This document shows, in pieces, positions 19,996 through 27,818 of a stretch of DNA of 54,034 nt. The first letter of the stretch is position 1, and each line of letters opens with the position of its first letter. The stretch lies in the IMG/VR virus record IMGVR_UViG_3300025387_000022, positions 1 to 54,034 of that record, one strand, 5' to 3'. The position numbers and the translations under genes were made by a program. The DNA comes from a virus (Duplodnaviria; Caudoviricetes). The notes under the pieces are model-generated. The model saw only the letters and a list, made by a program, of their open reading frames with translations. It made no database searches and was not told the origin of the DNA.

Positions 19996-20549
19996 TACCA
20001 CCCCTTGATGTCATATTTTTTCTTTGCTTTACCGCCATCTTTACAATGCCAACGCTTTAAAGATGCTTTAGCCCTTGGCGCATCACCACTTGCATGTTCT
20101 ACAACACCCTTCATGCGGGCGCAAAATGAATCATGCCTAGAACCCTTTGCTTGGGGTGCTTGTAAATGGCTTCCAGTTTCACGGTTGTATTTAGCCCTAC
20201 CCTTAGCCGTTAAACCCGCACCTTGGCTTGTAGGTTTCTTTTCGCCCCTACCTACGGCTAGGGATACACCACCATCTTTTTTCTTAGCGGTTTTAGCTGA
20301 TTCAATAAATGCTTGTTTACTTGGCGCACCCTTGCTTCCAATCTTTCGCATATGTTCATCACTTCCATGCTTAATTCTTTCTTGTTTAGCATGAATATTT
20401 GCATAAAGACCACCGCCATCTTTTTTCTTTGCACTACGTTGGGTAGCATATGCAATTGCTACCGCTTGCTTCATTGGTTTGCCAGCATGTATCTCGGCAG
20501 AGATATTCTTTTTAAAAGCACGTTCCGATTTACTTTTAATTAGAGGCAT
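19995..20549 (-). CDS. Highly basic protein with KDGG repeats
   Basis: KQAVAIAY, GLYANIHAK, GLTAKGRAKYN, SFCARM modules separated by KDGG x3. Confidence 0.7.
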   Translation of the reverse strand: MPLIKSKSERAFKKNISAEIHAGKPMKQAVAIAYATQRSAKKKDGGGLYANIHAKQERIKHGSDEHMRKIGSKGAPSKQAFIESAKTAKKKDGGVSLAVGRGEKKPTSQGAGLTAKGRAKYNRETGSHLQAPQAKGSRHDSFCARMKGVVEHASGDAPRAKASLKRWHCKDGGKAKKKYDIKGW

Positions 20550-20551
20550 GA

Positions 20552-21334
20552 TTAGCTTCCAACACCAACAACATTATTGTTATTTTGAATCAATTTACCA
20601 GAAATAATTACACCAGCTGCAATAGTTGTTGCGGTACTTGTAACTAGTTGCCACTGAATATCAGTTTTTTCCGTATAAATAAATGGTTCGCTAGAACGAT
20701 TAGCAGTATAAATTGATACAAATGGTTGTTGTAATACTATAAACTTTACACCAGTTAAATTATTAATTGCTTGAACGGAATAAGTAACAATATTAGATGA
20801 TGTGTAGCTATTCGATGTATTTACTTCGGCTAAATCAAGGTAAAAAGAATAACCAGCGGGTACTGTATATACGGTACTTTGTGATTTACTAATTCCAGCA
20901 TTAATTTGGGCAACAACATTTGATGATTGCTTTAATGTAATCGTGCCTACGTTTGTTGTTTGCCCCGTACCAGCGGAAGTTAAAACCAAACTATTTACAC
21001 GGTAATAACTATTTAAGGTAGTTACTCCCGTTGTACCGTTCATTTGTAATGATTCGGATATTTGATTAAATCCTGAGTCCAATCCACTAATTAACACTTT
21101 AGCAACCGTATCATCAGATGCGGAAGTACTTGCAAGGGTTAATGTAGATGCGCTTGTAATGTAAGTATAGGTTGTTGCGTTTTCCCAAACGGGTATTTTT
21201 GTATTACCAATGGCGGATTGATAACCAAAAATATTTACTTGTTGATGCCCATAAATTTGACTGCGGGCAACTTGTAAATCAAATGGTTCATATGCGCCAC
21301 CACGGGTAACCGAAGAAACGATGTTATTGCTCAT
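20552..21334 (-). CDS. Virion structural protein (beta-rich)
   Basis: 260 aa, STVYTVPAGYSFY, EKTDI; within the late operon. Confidence 0.55.
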   Translation of the reverse strand: MSNNIVSSVTRGGAYEPFDLQVARSQIYGHQQVNIFGYQSAIGNTKIPVWENATTYTYITSASTLTLASTSASDDTVAKVLISGLDSGFNQISESLQMNGTTGVTTLNSYYRVNSLVLTSAGTGQTTNVGTITLKQSSNVVAQINAGISKSQSTVYTVPAGYSFYLDLAEVNTSNSYTSSNIVTYSVQAINNLTGVKFIVLQQPFVSIYTANRSSEPFIYTEKTDIQWQLVTSTATTIAAGVIISGKLIQNNNNVVGVGS

Positions 21335-21351
21335 AAAAATTCTCCAAAGTT

Positions 21352-21379
21352 AAAAAGTGGGGGTTTTCACCCCCTGCTT
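21352..21379 (-). terminator. Rho-independent terminator
   Basis: GGGGT-GAAA-ACCCC hairpin followed by CACTTTTT on the minus strand. Confidence 0.65.
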
Positions 21380-21380
21380 C

Positions 21381-22598
21381 TTAGTAATTACACTTACCGC
21401 CCTTTTTATGATGCGTGGAAATCTTGCTTTTAGCATGACCGCCATGTTTCATTGGATGACCATCAATTTTATGGTGACCCATTGCCATTTTTTCTGTATG
21501 TTCATGCATATGCATATGACCGCCATCTTTATGACCATGTGCTTTGTGATGCATTACATGTCCTTCGTGATGTTTCACATGCCCACCTTTTTTGTAACCA
21601 GCTGGAGCTTCATGGATTTCACCAGTTTTACCAGCTTTTTTGTGTGGCTTGCTACCATCATTCATATCATTTAGATAACGATTAGCAACGCTTTCGGATA
21701 CTGTTCCACCCTTAGCAAACTTATGCATTTTGCCACCGTGCTTGTATCCAACACCTTCTACACCGCCTGTTTTTGTGTGGAAAGATTTGGTTTGCTTTGC
21801 TTCGTGAACCGTATCTTGCACATTAACCTTTGGCTTCAAAGTTCCTTTTGTTTGGAATGCATCACCTTTTGCAGCTAATCCACCCGTTGCCTTATGCATC
21901 ATCTTGCCACCGTGCTTAAGTTGTGCGCCACCCTGATGGTCTACAGCCATTGTTCCACCACTAGCTTTACACATTTTAGCCATGTGCTTATGATGTTCAT
22001 GCATCTTTTTGTGATGCGCAGAACCACCTTCAGCATGTTTTGCAGCATGATGTTTAGCCATATGCATGTGATGCTTATGAGTACCTTCAGGATGCCCCGA
22101 TACATGGTGTGCCTTACCGCCATGCGCAAACCCAGGACCTTCAATACCGCCCGTTATACCCTTGTGATGTGGCTTACCTTCACCTAACAATCCACCCATT
22201 TGTGGTGTGTACATCTTAGCAGAACCGCCTTTTTTCAAGCCATGATGTGCTTTTCCAGCTTTCATGCTTTCATGGTGCTTTAGTTCTTTTTCAATCTTAT
22301 GCATTTCACGCATTTCTTTGCGCTCATCGGCTTTAGATTCACCACCTTCCGCCATATGCGCTTTTCCACCATGTTTACGGGTGAGTAATGCGGGTTGCAT
22401 AGCCATTGCACGGCGCATTGGCATAGCCCGTCTTGCAGGCATTTGCATTGGAGCTTGACCCATCATTGGATTACCACCCATAGCCATATGTTTCTTATGG
22501 GCATGTCCGCCTTTTTTCATTCCTTCATGCTTAAGCTCATCCGAAGTAGGTTCTGTTGTCATTTCTTTTGGTTCACGACCAAATTTGCTAGTTGCCAT
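21381..22598 (-). CDS. His/Lys/Gly/Met-rich low-complexity protein with [K/A]xGG repeats
   Basis: ~58 His in 405 aa and 17 [K/A]xGG by hand count; AGGAG RBS. Confidence 0.8.
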   Translation of the reverse strand: MATSKFGREPKEMTTEPTSDELKHEGMKKGGHAHKKHMAMGGNPMMGQAPMQMPARRAMPMRRAMAMQPALLTRKHGGKAHMAEGGESKADERKEMREMHKIEKELKHHESMKAGKAHHGLKKGGSAKMYTPQMGGLLGEGKPHHKGITGGIEGPGFAHGGKAHHVSGHPEGTHKHHMHMAKHHAAKHAEGGSAHHKKMHEHHKHMAKMCKASGGTMAVDHQGGAQLKHGGKMMHKATGGLAAKGDAFQTKGTLKPKVNVQDTVHEAKQTKSFHTKTGGVEGVGYKHGGKMHKFAKGGTVSESVANRYLNDMNDGSKPHKKAGKTGEIHEAPAGYKKGGHVKHHEGHVMHHKAHGHKDGGHMHMHEHTEKMAMGHHKIDGHPMKHGGHAKSKISTHHKKGGKCNY

Positions 22599-22613
22599 AA
22601 TAATTTTCTCCTA

Positions 22614-23654
22614 TTAGGCTTGGGCAATGCCAAGTAAGCCAGTTGTGGTGGAATTTGGACCTACTTGAATAGCCGTTAAACCTAGTGTTAAAACTAGTTT
22701 ATTTGAACCATTCAATGTTCCAGCGGGTGTATATGTTCCACGGGTATCCGCCGTTACAGAACTAGATACAAGTTGCGGTGTCATCGTAGCAGCACTTGCG
22801 GTATATGAACCAGTTGTATTTACAAACGTACCAGCTAAATAATTTGCTTGTGATGTAGATATTTTACCAGTCGTTGCCGAAACATAAGTCCACCAATAGT
22901 TTGTATTAATGCTTACGCCCGTTGGGGGTGTTCCTGTAAATTGAACAATTGTTCCACTTGCGGGTGAATAACCTACGGTAATCACGCCAGGGGATGCAAT
23001 TGTCCAGCCAGTAACCGCTTGCACGGAATAGGTTGTTGTATTGGAATAAAATGCGTATGCCAATGTTCCGTTATCAACCGCTGTAGAACCAGTAAATCCT
23101 GGGTCTACAATATATGCTTCATCACTAATACGGCATGGCAAACCTAATGCAGTTGTTGTATCAACCGATACCGCAACGGTAGTTGCAGCGCTAAAGGCAA
23201 TGCTATAAATTTGGAAGAATGCTTTTCTTCCTTTGGTTTGTGTAGAAGCTACAGTACCCGTTTGGATGATTTCGGTCATTGAATTACCGTAGTAATCATA
23301 GCCCGTTACGGTTACTTGGGAATTTGTTGGGCTACCCGATGCCGTTGTAACCGCTACCGCACGGGGGATATCCAATTGTGTTACGGTTGTACCATCGGTA
23401 CGGATAACTTGTGTTGTTCCACCGCTACCCGATGCTAATTGTGTTCCGCTATAAGTAGTTGCACCCGTTGGGGTTTTAGCTGCTAGAACCGCTGCTGTTG
23501 TTGCAGCATATGGCGTTACATCGTATAAATACACACGACCCATTGGACCGAAGCCTAGGGACATGGGTGATGGGTTTCCTAAATTGCTAGTAGCATTTGT
23601 ACCAACATAAGATGGGGCTGCGCCCAAGAATAAATCATCGCTAAATTGTGGCAT
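22614..23654 (-). CDS. Capsid-associated structural/decoration protein
   Basis: Directly downstream of the MCP, T/S/G-rich, VTVTGYDYYG..MTE, ADTRGTYTP. Confidence 0.6.
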   Translation of the reverse strand: MPQFSDDLFLGAAPSYVGTNATSNLGNPSPMSLGFGPMGRVYLYDVTPYAATTAAVLAAKTPTGATTYSGTQLASGSGGTTQVIRTDGTTVTQLDIPRAVAVTTASGSPTNSQVTVTGYDYYGNSMTEIIQTGTVASTQTKGRKAFFQIYSIAFSAATTVAVSVDTTTALGLPCRISDEAYIVDPGFTGSTAVDNGTLAYAFYSNTTTYSVQAVTGWTIASPGVITVGYSPASGTIVQFTGTPPTGVSINTNYWWTYVSATTGKISTSQANYLAGTFVNTTGSYTASAATMTPQLVSSSVTADTRGTYTPAGTLNGSNKLVLTLGLTAIQVGPNSTTTGLLGIAQA

Positions 23655-23682
23655 TGTCTTTCTCCATGAAAAGTTGACAAAT

Positions 23683-23707
23683 TAAAAAAGGGGGTTTTTA
23701 CACCCCC
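23683..23707 (-). terminator. Rho-independent terminator after the major capsid gene
   Basis: GGGGGT-GTAAAA-ACCCCC-TTTTTTT on the minus strand. Confidence 0.85.
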
Positions 23708-23712
23708 ATGTA

Positions 23713-24627
23713 TTACGCTCCAGGTGTTCCGAATAAAGCACGAGGGTCGGTAAATCCAACTTGATAGCGTTCTGTTGCTTTATAACGCATCGAATCGGTT
23801 TCAAAATCACCTTCCATCGTTTTTTCTAAGGCACGGCGCATTAACAATTTCATACCTTCAGGTGCATCTGTTTGAATCCACCAGTTAGTAGAAGATGTCA
23901 AACGGCTAATAACCGAAGCACCTTCTGGTAACAAACCAATTGATTTAATTGGGTTGATATCATTGTTTGCTGTACCCGTTCTTAAAACAGACTTCAACAA
24001 TACTTCAGCTTGGAATACGTTACCTGGGGCAACAACAAGCTTCAATGGCTGTAAACGAATTTTCTTACCATTGTTATCTACCGCTTGGCGAATCTGAATA
24101 AGCATTTGCTCTAGCGATGTTTGTGATAATGCAGCTGCCGTTGCAAGTTGATTACTAAATGTACCAGCTGCAATTGGGTGCGCAGTGTTAATCAAAGATA
24201 CACCATCACCACCAACATAAGAGCTATTAAATGCACGGTTCAATACGTTTGCACATAACAATTCTTTTGTTTCTACTAAAGATTGTGCTAAGTGCTTCGC
24301 ATATACTTGACCTAAGCGAATATGGTCACCATCTTCAACTAAAACTCTAGTTAAAGCGAATGCCAAACCAAACACTTGGTAAACATAGCGTTGTAAGAAC
24401 AATACACCACCCTGTTGATACGTTACGGGTGCGCCATCAGGTAACTGTGGTGCAGCGCCGAAACCATATAATACAGGTTCTTCGTGGTAGTTGCGTGGAA
24501 TACCAGCTTGTTCACGGAATACCGTTGACCATTCATCAGCTCGTTGGTCATATACACCGTCAAAGGATTCGTTCAATATAGGTTCTACGATTGAACGGAA
24601 GTCCGTACTTCTCATTGGGGCTGCCAT
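23713..24627 (-). CDS. Major capsid protein (HK97 fold)
   Basis: 304 aa; GFGAAP, LNRAF..GGDGVSL...HP, YKATERY..GFTDPRALFGTPG; strong AGGAG RBS; followed by a terminator. Confidence 0.88.
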   Translation of the reverse strand: MAAPMRSTDFRSIVEPILNESFDGVYDQRADEWSTVFREQAGIPRNYHEEPVLYGFGAAPQLPDGAPVTYQQGGVLFLQRYVYQVFGLAFALTRVLVEDGDHIRLGQVYAKHLAQSLVETKELLCANVLNRAFNSSYVGGDGVSLINTAHPIAAGTFSNQLATAAALSQTSLEQMLIQIRQAVDNNGKKIRLQPLKLVVAPGNVFQAEVLLKSVLRTGTANNDINPIKSIGLLPEGASVISRLTSSTNWWIQTDAPEGMKLLMRRALEKTMEGDFETDSMRYKATERYQVGFTDPRALFGTPGA

Positions 24628-24643
24628 AATTTATTCTCCTATA

Positions 24644-25279
24644 TTAAACTTGGGCTACATATTGACCGTAGAAGTTTGTGTTAGTAAGTTGTACACGAAC
24701 TACGGTGTACGCATCACCCCACGCATTATCTACGTTTTGTGCTAAATCTACCACACGCATTTGGGCTTGTTGTCCGTTTGTAACGGCGGTTGAAGCACCT
24801 AAAGTGGCTTGTGATAGTCCTGTTGTTGCATTTCCAGCGGTAATATTCGTAAAGTAATATTCACCACCAATGCTTGTTTGTGCCATAGAACCATCGGCTT
24901 GAATTTCATAAACAATGTTTAAATCGTTATAAAAATAAGCGTTAGTAATAGAACCAGATTGCACGGTTGTGCCAGACGGCCAGTAATTACTTACACGGCG
25001 ACGACCTGTTGTATCGGTAAATTCAACACCTTGAAACGAACCTGTTACGGCGTATTGTTGGCTTGTTGAATTACCAGTTGTGGTTTGCGCAGCGATAATT
25101 GTACCGTTAGCAGAACCAGTTGAACCTACGTTAGCAGCGCTAACATAAGCAATTGGTTGCTGTTTGTAAATATTCGCAGCATAACCCGATGTGATACCGT
25201 TTTGCAAAACCTGCGCACGTTCCAAACCCGTTGGAAAGAATGCTGGGCGTAAGCCAAACGGAGCGGATATTGATGACAT
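24644..25279 (-). CDS. Capsid cement/decoration-like protein
   Basis: APFGLRP start, GSFQGVEFTD, VYEIQADG; immediately upstream of the MCP. Confidence 0.65.
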   Translation of the reverse strand: MSSISAPFGLRPAFFPTGLERAQVLQNGITSGYAANIYKQQPIAYVSAANVGSTGSANGTIIAAQTTTGNSTSQQYAVTGSFQGVEFTDTTGRRRVSNYWPSGTTVQSGSITNAYFYNDLNIVYEIQADGSMAQTSIGGEYYFTNITAGNATTGLSQATLGASTAVTNGQQAQMRVVDLAQNVDNAWGDAYTVVRVQLTNTNFYGQYVAQV

Positions 25280-25288
25280 ATACTACTC

Positions 25289-25376
25289 CTTTTAAAATTG
25301 GTTAAATAAAAAATTTTGGTTTTGACGCTTTTTACAAAGCCATAAAGCAAAATCGCATCTAACGCAATTTTTAAAG
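25289..25376 (-). promoter_or_regulatory. Long imperfect RNA stem-loop ending at the RBS of the cement-MCP genes
   Basis: Nested complementary arms with G-U pairs closing on GCTTT-GTAA-AAAGC. Confidence 0.55.
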
Positions 25377-25395
25377 TCTGTAATACAAAGCCCGC

Positions 25396-25926
25396 TTAAT
25401 TAAAAGTAGGCACACTCCTAGTTAAATCGAAGTTCATACCATCGCCTTCAACTTGACCCAATGCTCGACCATTGGAATCCCTTGCGTTTAACAATTGGTC
25501 TTGCTGTACTTTGATCTTCTCTTGTTCATCTAACGGAGCATAATGGTGAACTTCAGCCATATACTGTTGATAAATGTCCATAGGAAGTTTATACAGAACC
25601 ATCTCATTACACGCAACAAAGCCTTCCATTTCGCCTGCTTTTACACGGAAGTTTTCAAAGCCAGGAACTTCATCGGCTTTCACTGGTGTGTATCCTATAC
25701 GCATACGTTTGTGGATGGGATCGTATTGATGGGTGGTTGATAGCCAGCAACAATGAAATCCAGGAATTTCAGGTGCATTTGGTAATGCTTCTTGTGCAAA
25801 CTCATCGCGAAACATACGGCGACGTTCTTGGCTAGCAAAATTTTGTTCAGGAGCTCTGCGGGAAATATCCTCTTGAGCTCTATCTTGTCTGCCTACACCA
25901 GTATTCTTTTTTAAACGATTGTCCAT
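25396..25926 (-). CDS. Head-region hypothetical protein
   Basis: LPNAPEIPGFHCCWLS...GYTPVKADEVP; between scaffold and cement genes. Confidence 0.65.
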   Translation of the reverse strand: MDNRLKKNTGVGRQDRAQEDISRRAPEQNFASQERRRMFRDEFAQEALPNAPEIPGFHCCWLSTTHQYDPIHKRMRIGYTPVKADEVPGFENFRVKAGEMEGFVACNEMVLYKLPMDIYQQYMAEVHHYAPLDEQEKIKVQQDQLLNARDSNGRALGQVEGDGMNFDLTRSVPTFN

Positions 25927-25928
25927 AT

Positions 25929-26885
25929 TTATCCTCTAACCTTGTTCTCTTTGTCCCATTGACGGAAACGATTAATCATTTTCATCTTTTGTTCAGGATT
26001 GTTCCAAACACCTGCCTCTTTCAAGGCTTGAACTCGCTCGGGGCTTATATAATACTCGTTACCCTTTGCTGTTGCGTTTGACTCTCTGCCTGAACTTGTA
26101 ACAACAGAACGTGGTCTTTGACTTCGCACATTGGGTTCATTATAACTTGAATTTGAGATTTCAGGCAATCTTTTTCTTACACGATATGTTAATTCATCCC
26201 AATAGTCCTGAGTTGTAGGGTCGTAGCCTTCTTTTGTAAGCTGTTTATCGATAATTTGAGTTATTTGAGACTCCTCTGTTTCACCCCTAGGATCATACCA
26301 TGGATTCTCTTCCATCCAATCAGCAACCATACGTTGAACCATAGGGTCTGGAACATCTAATCTTTGATTTTGCGGTTGATGGGTAGCCTGCTTTTTAATA
26401 CTGGCTAAAGATTCCATTTTTCGTTTTGCGTCGAATAACATCTCTTGAGCTTTAATCGCCGATTGCCCATCGCTTTTGTCGACTGCTTCTTGAAGTTTCA
26501 TTTTTGCATATTCAACTTCAACGCCAGCATCTTCAATCGCTTTATCTACCCTTGCAATTTCAGCCCCGCTTGTTTTCTTTTCTACAATAGCCAGACGTTC
26601 AGCTAACATTTCATTCTGTTTACGTAAAGCATTGATTAAAGAAGATGATTCACGTACTTTTTCACGATGTAATTGTTTCTTTAATTTGCGCTCTTCACGT
26701 CTTGCTTCTCGTATAGCTTCTCTTTCTGGGTCAATGTTTTCAGCGTCTTCAGCCTCGTCACTCGCACGATATTCTGATTCTTTTTCTTCAAGCTGCGGGT
26801 TTTCTTCACCTTCGGGCAAAGTAACCCTTACTGAACCATTATCTTCTTCAGCAATTTGCATTTCCATTTTTTCTGTTGGTGTCAT
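25929..26885 (-). CDS. Capsid scaffolding protein
   Basis: Acidic N-terminus, long coiled coil, WMEENPWY, basic C-terminus; between portal and MCP. Confidence 0.7.
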   Translation of the reverse strand: MTPTEKMEMQIAEEDNGSVRVTLPEGEENPQLEEKESEYRASDEAEDAENIDPEREAIREARREERKLKKQLHREKVRESSSLINALRKQNEMLAERLAIVEKKTSGAEIARVDKAIEDAGVEVEYAKMKLQEAVDKSDGQSAIKAQEMLFDAKRKMESLASIKKQATHQPQNQRLDVPDPMVQRMVADWMEENPWYDPRGETEESQITQIIDKQLTKEGYDPTTQDYWDELTYRVRKRLPEISNSSYNEPNVRSQRPRSVVTSSGRESNATAKGNEYYISPERVQALKEAGVWNNPEQKMKMINRFRQWDKENKVRG

Positions 26886-26894
26886 GATTTCTCC

Positions 26895-27320
26895 TTAAAC
26901 GAATGCAGTAATAGCACGAGGATCACCAGTCACACGACCGATAATTTCGTGGTCATTAAAAAAAGTGAACAAGGCTTTACCCTTAACACCTTTTTCATCG
27001 GTATATTCAATTTCCCACCGATCACCACCCCATTTAGGAACACGCACATAATCGCCAACTTCGCACCAAATACCTTCCGCCCAAGGCTGTAATGTATCAC
27101 GGTTCTTATAGGCTAAAGGTCCTTTACATAAAACTTTACCGATCATGGTATTCCATTTTTCAATCTCTTTAGTTTCTTCAGCTAATACGATTCCGCTTTC
27201 AGTTACTTTTTCTTTAACTGCTCGCAGTTGAACCAATACTCTAGCGCCTAACGGAGCCATCAATGGATCAACATCTGGAAAGGCTTCCTTCAGTGATTGT
27301 TCTAAGTCATAATTCGTCAT
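26895..27320 (-). CDS. groES: GroES-like co-chaperonin (Cpn10)
   Basis: PLGARVLV...TESGIVL...GKVL..GP...VGDYV..PKWGG...NDHEIIG. Confidence 0.85.
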   Translation of the reverse strand: MTNYDLEQSLKEAFPDVDPLMAPLGARVLVQLRAVKEKVTESGIVLAEETKEIEKWNTMIGKVLCKGPLAYKNRDTLQPWAEGIWCEVGDYVRVPKWGGDRWEIEYTDEKGVKGKALFTFFNDHEIIGRVTGDPRAITAFV

Positions 27321-27501
27321 CTTTGCTATCCTTTTCTTCTAAAAGATTGTTTAAAATTAACAAGGCTTCTTCCAAACCTTGGTGTTGCCCTACATATCTC
27401 TGGTAACTTTCAAAGTTTGCAAACCTTCCATTTACCATTGAATCAACAATTTCTTGTTGTTTTATTTTAATCGCATGGATTAAGCCATTGGCTAACTCCA
27501 T
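27307..27501 (-). CDS. Small conserved hypothetical protein
   Basis: GRFANFESYQRYVGQHQGL; commonly found just upstream of phage groES. Confidence 0.65.
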   Translation of the reverse strand: MELANGLIHAIKIKQQEIVDSMVNGRFANFESYQRYVGQHQGLEEALLILNNLLEEKDSKDDEL

Positions 27502-27818
27502 TAACGACCTCTACCTGCTTTTTTACCTACTGCTATTGCTACTATTAATCCAGATTTTTTAGCCGTGCCACCCTTTTTTAAGGTCGCTACTGCATGTGGT
27601 TCGGGCTTTGTTAATTTTGGTTTAACACCCTTAGCTGGTAAATTACGAACCACCTTTTCGGGATATGCGCCAATTAACTCGTTATCGGGTTGATGGGATT
27701 CGGGAATTACTTTCCCACCCTTAGCGAACTTCTTTACTTTTCCACCTTTTTTAAGGTGATTACTTTCTTGCTCGCCATACATGGCTATACGTTTGTGCAT
27801 ATTAATTGCTTCAGACAT
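27501..27818 (-). CDS. Small basic protein with KxGG repeats
   Basis: LKKGGKV, FAKGGKV, LKKGGTA. Confidence 0.65.
   Translation of the reverse strand: MSEAINMHKRIAMYGEQESNHLKKGGKVKKFAKGGKVIPESHQPDNELIGAYPEKVVRNLPAKGVKPKLTKPEPHAVATLKKGGTAKKSGLIVAIAVGKKAGRGR

Noticed and set aside
21357-22637. Met/Phe/Cys-rich plus-strand ORFs
   Set aside because: Reverse-complement artefact of CAT/AAA-rich His/Lys codons
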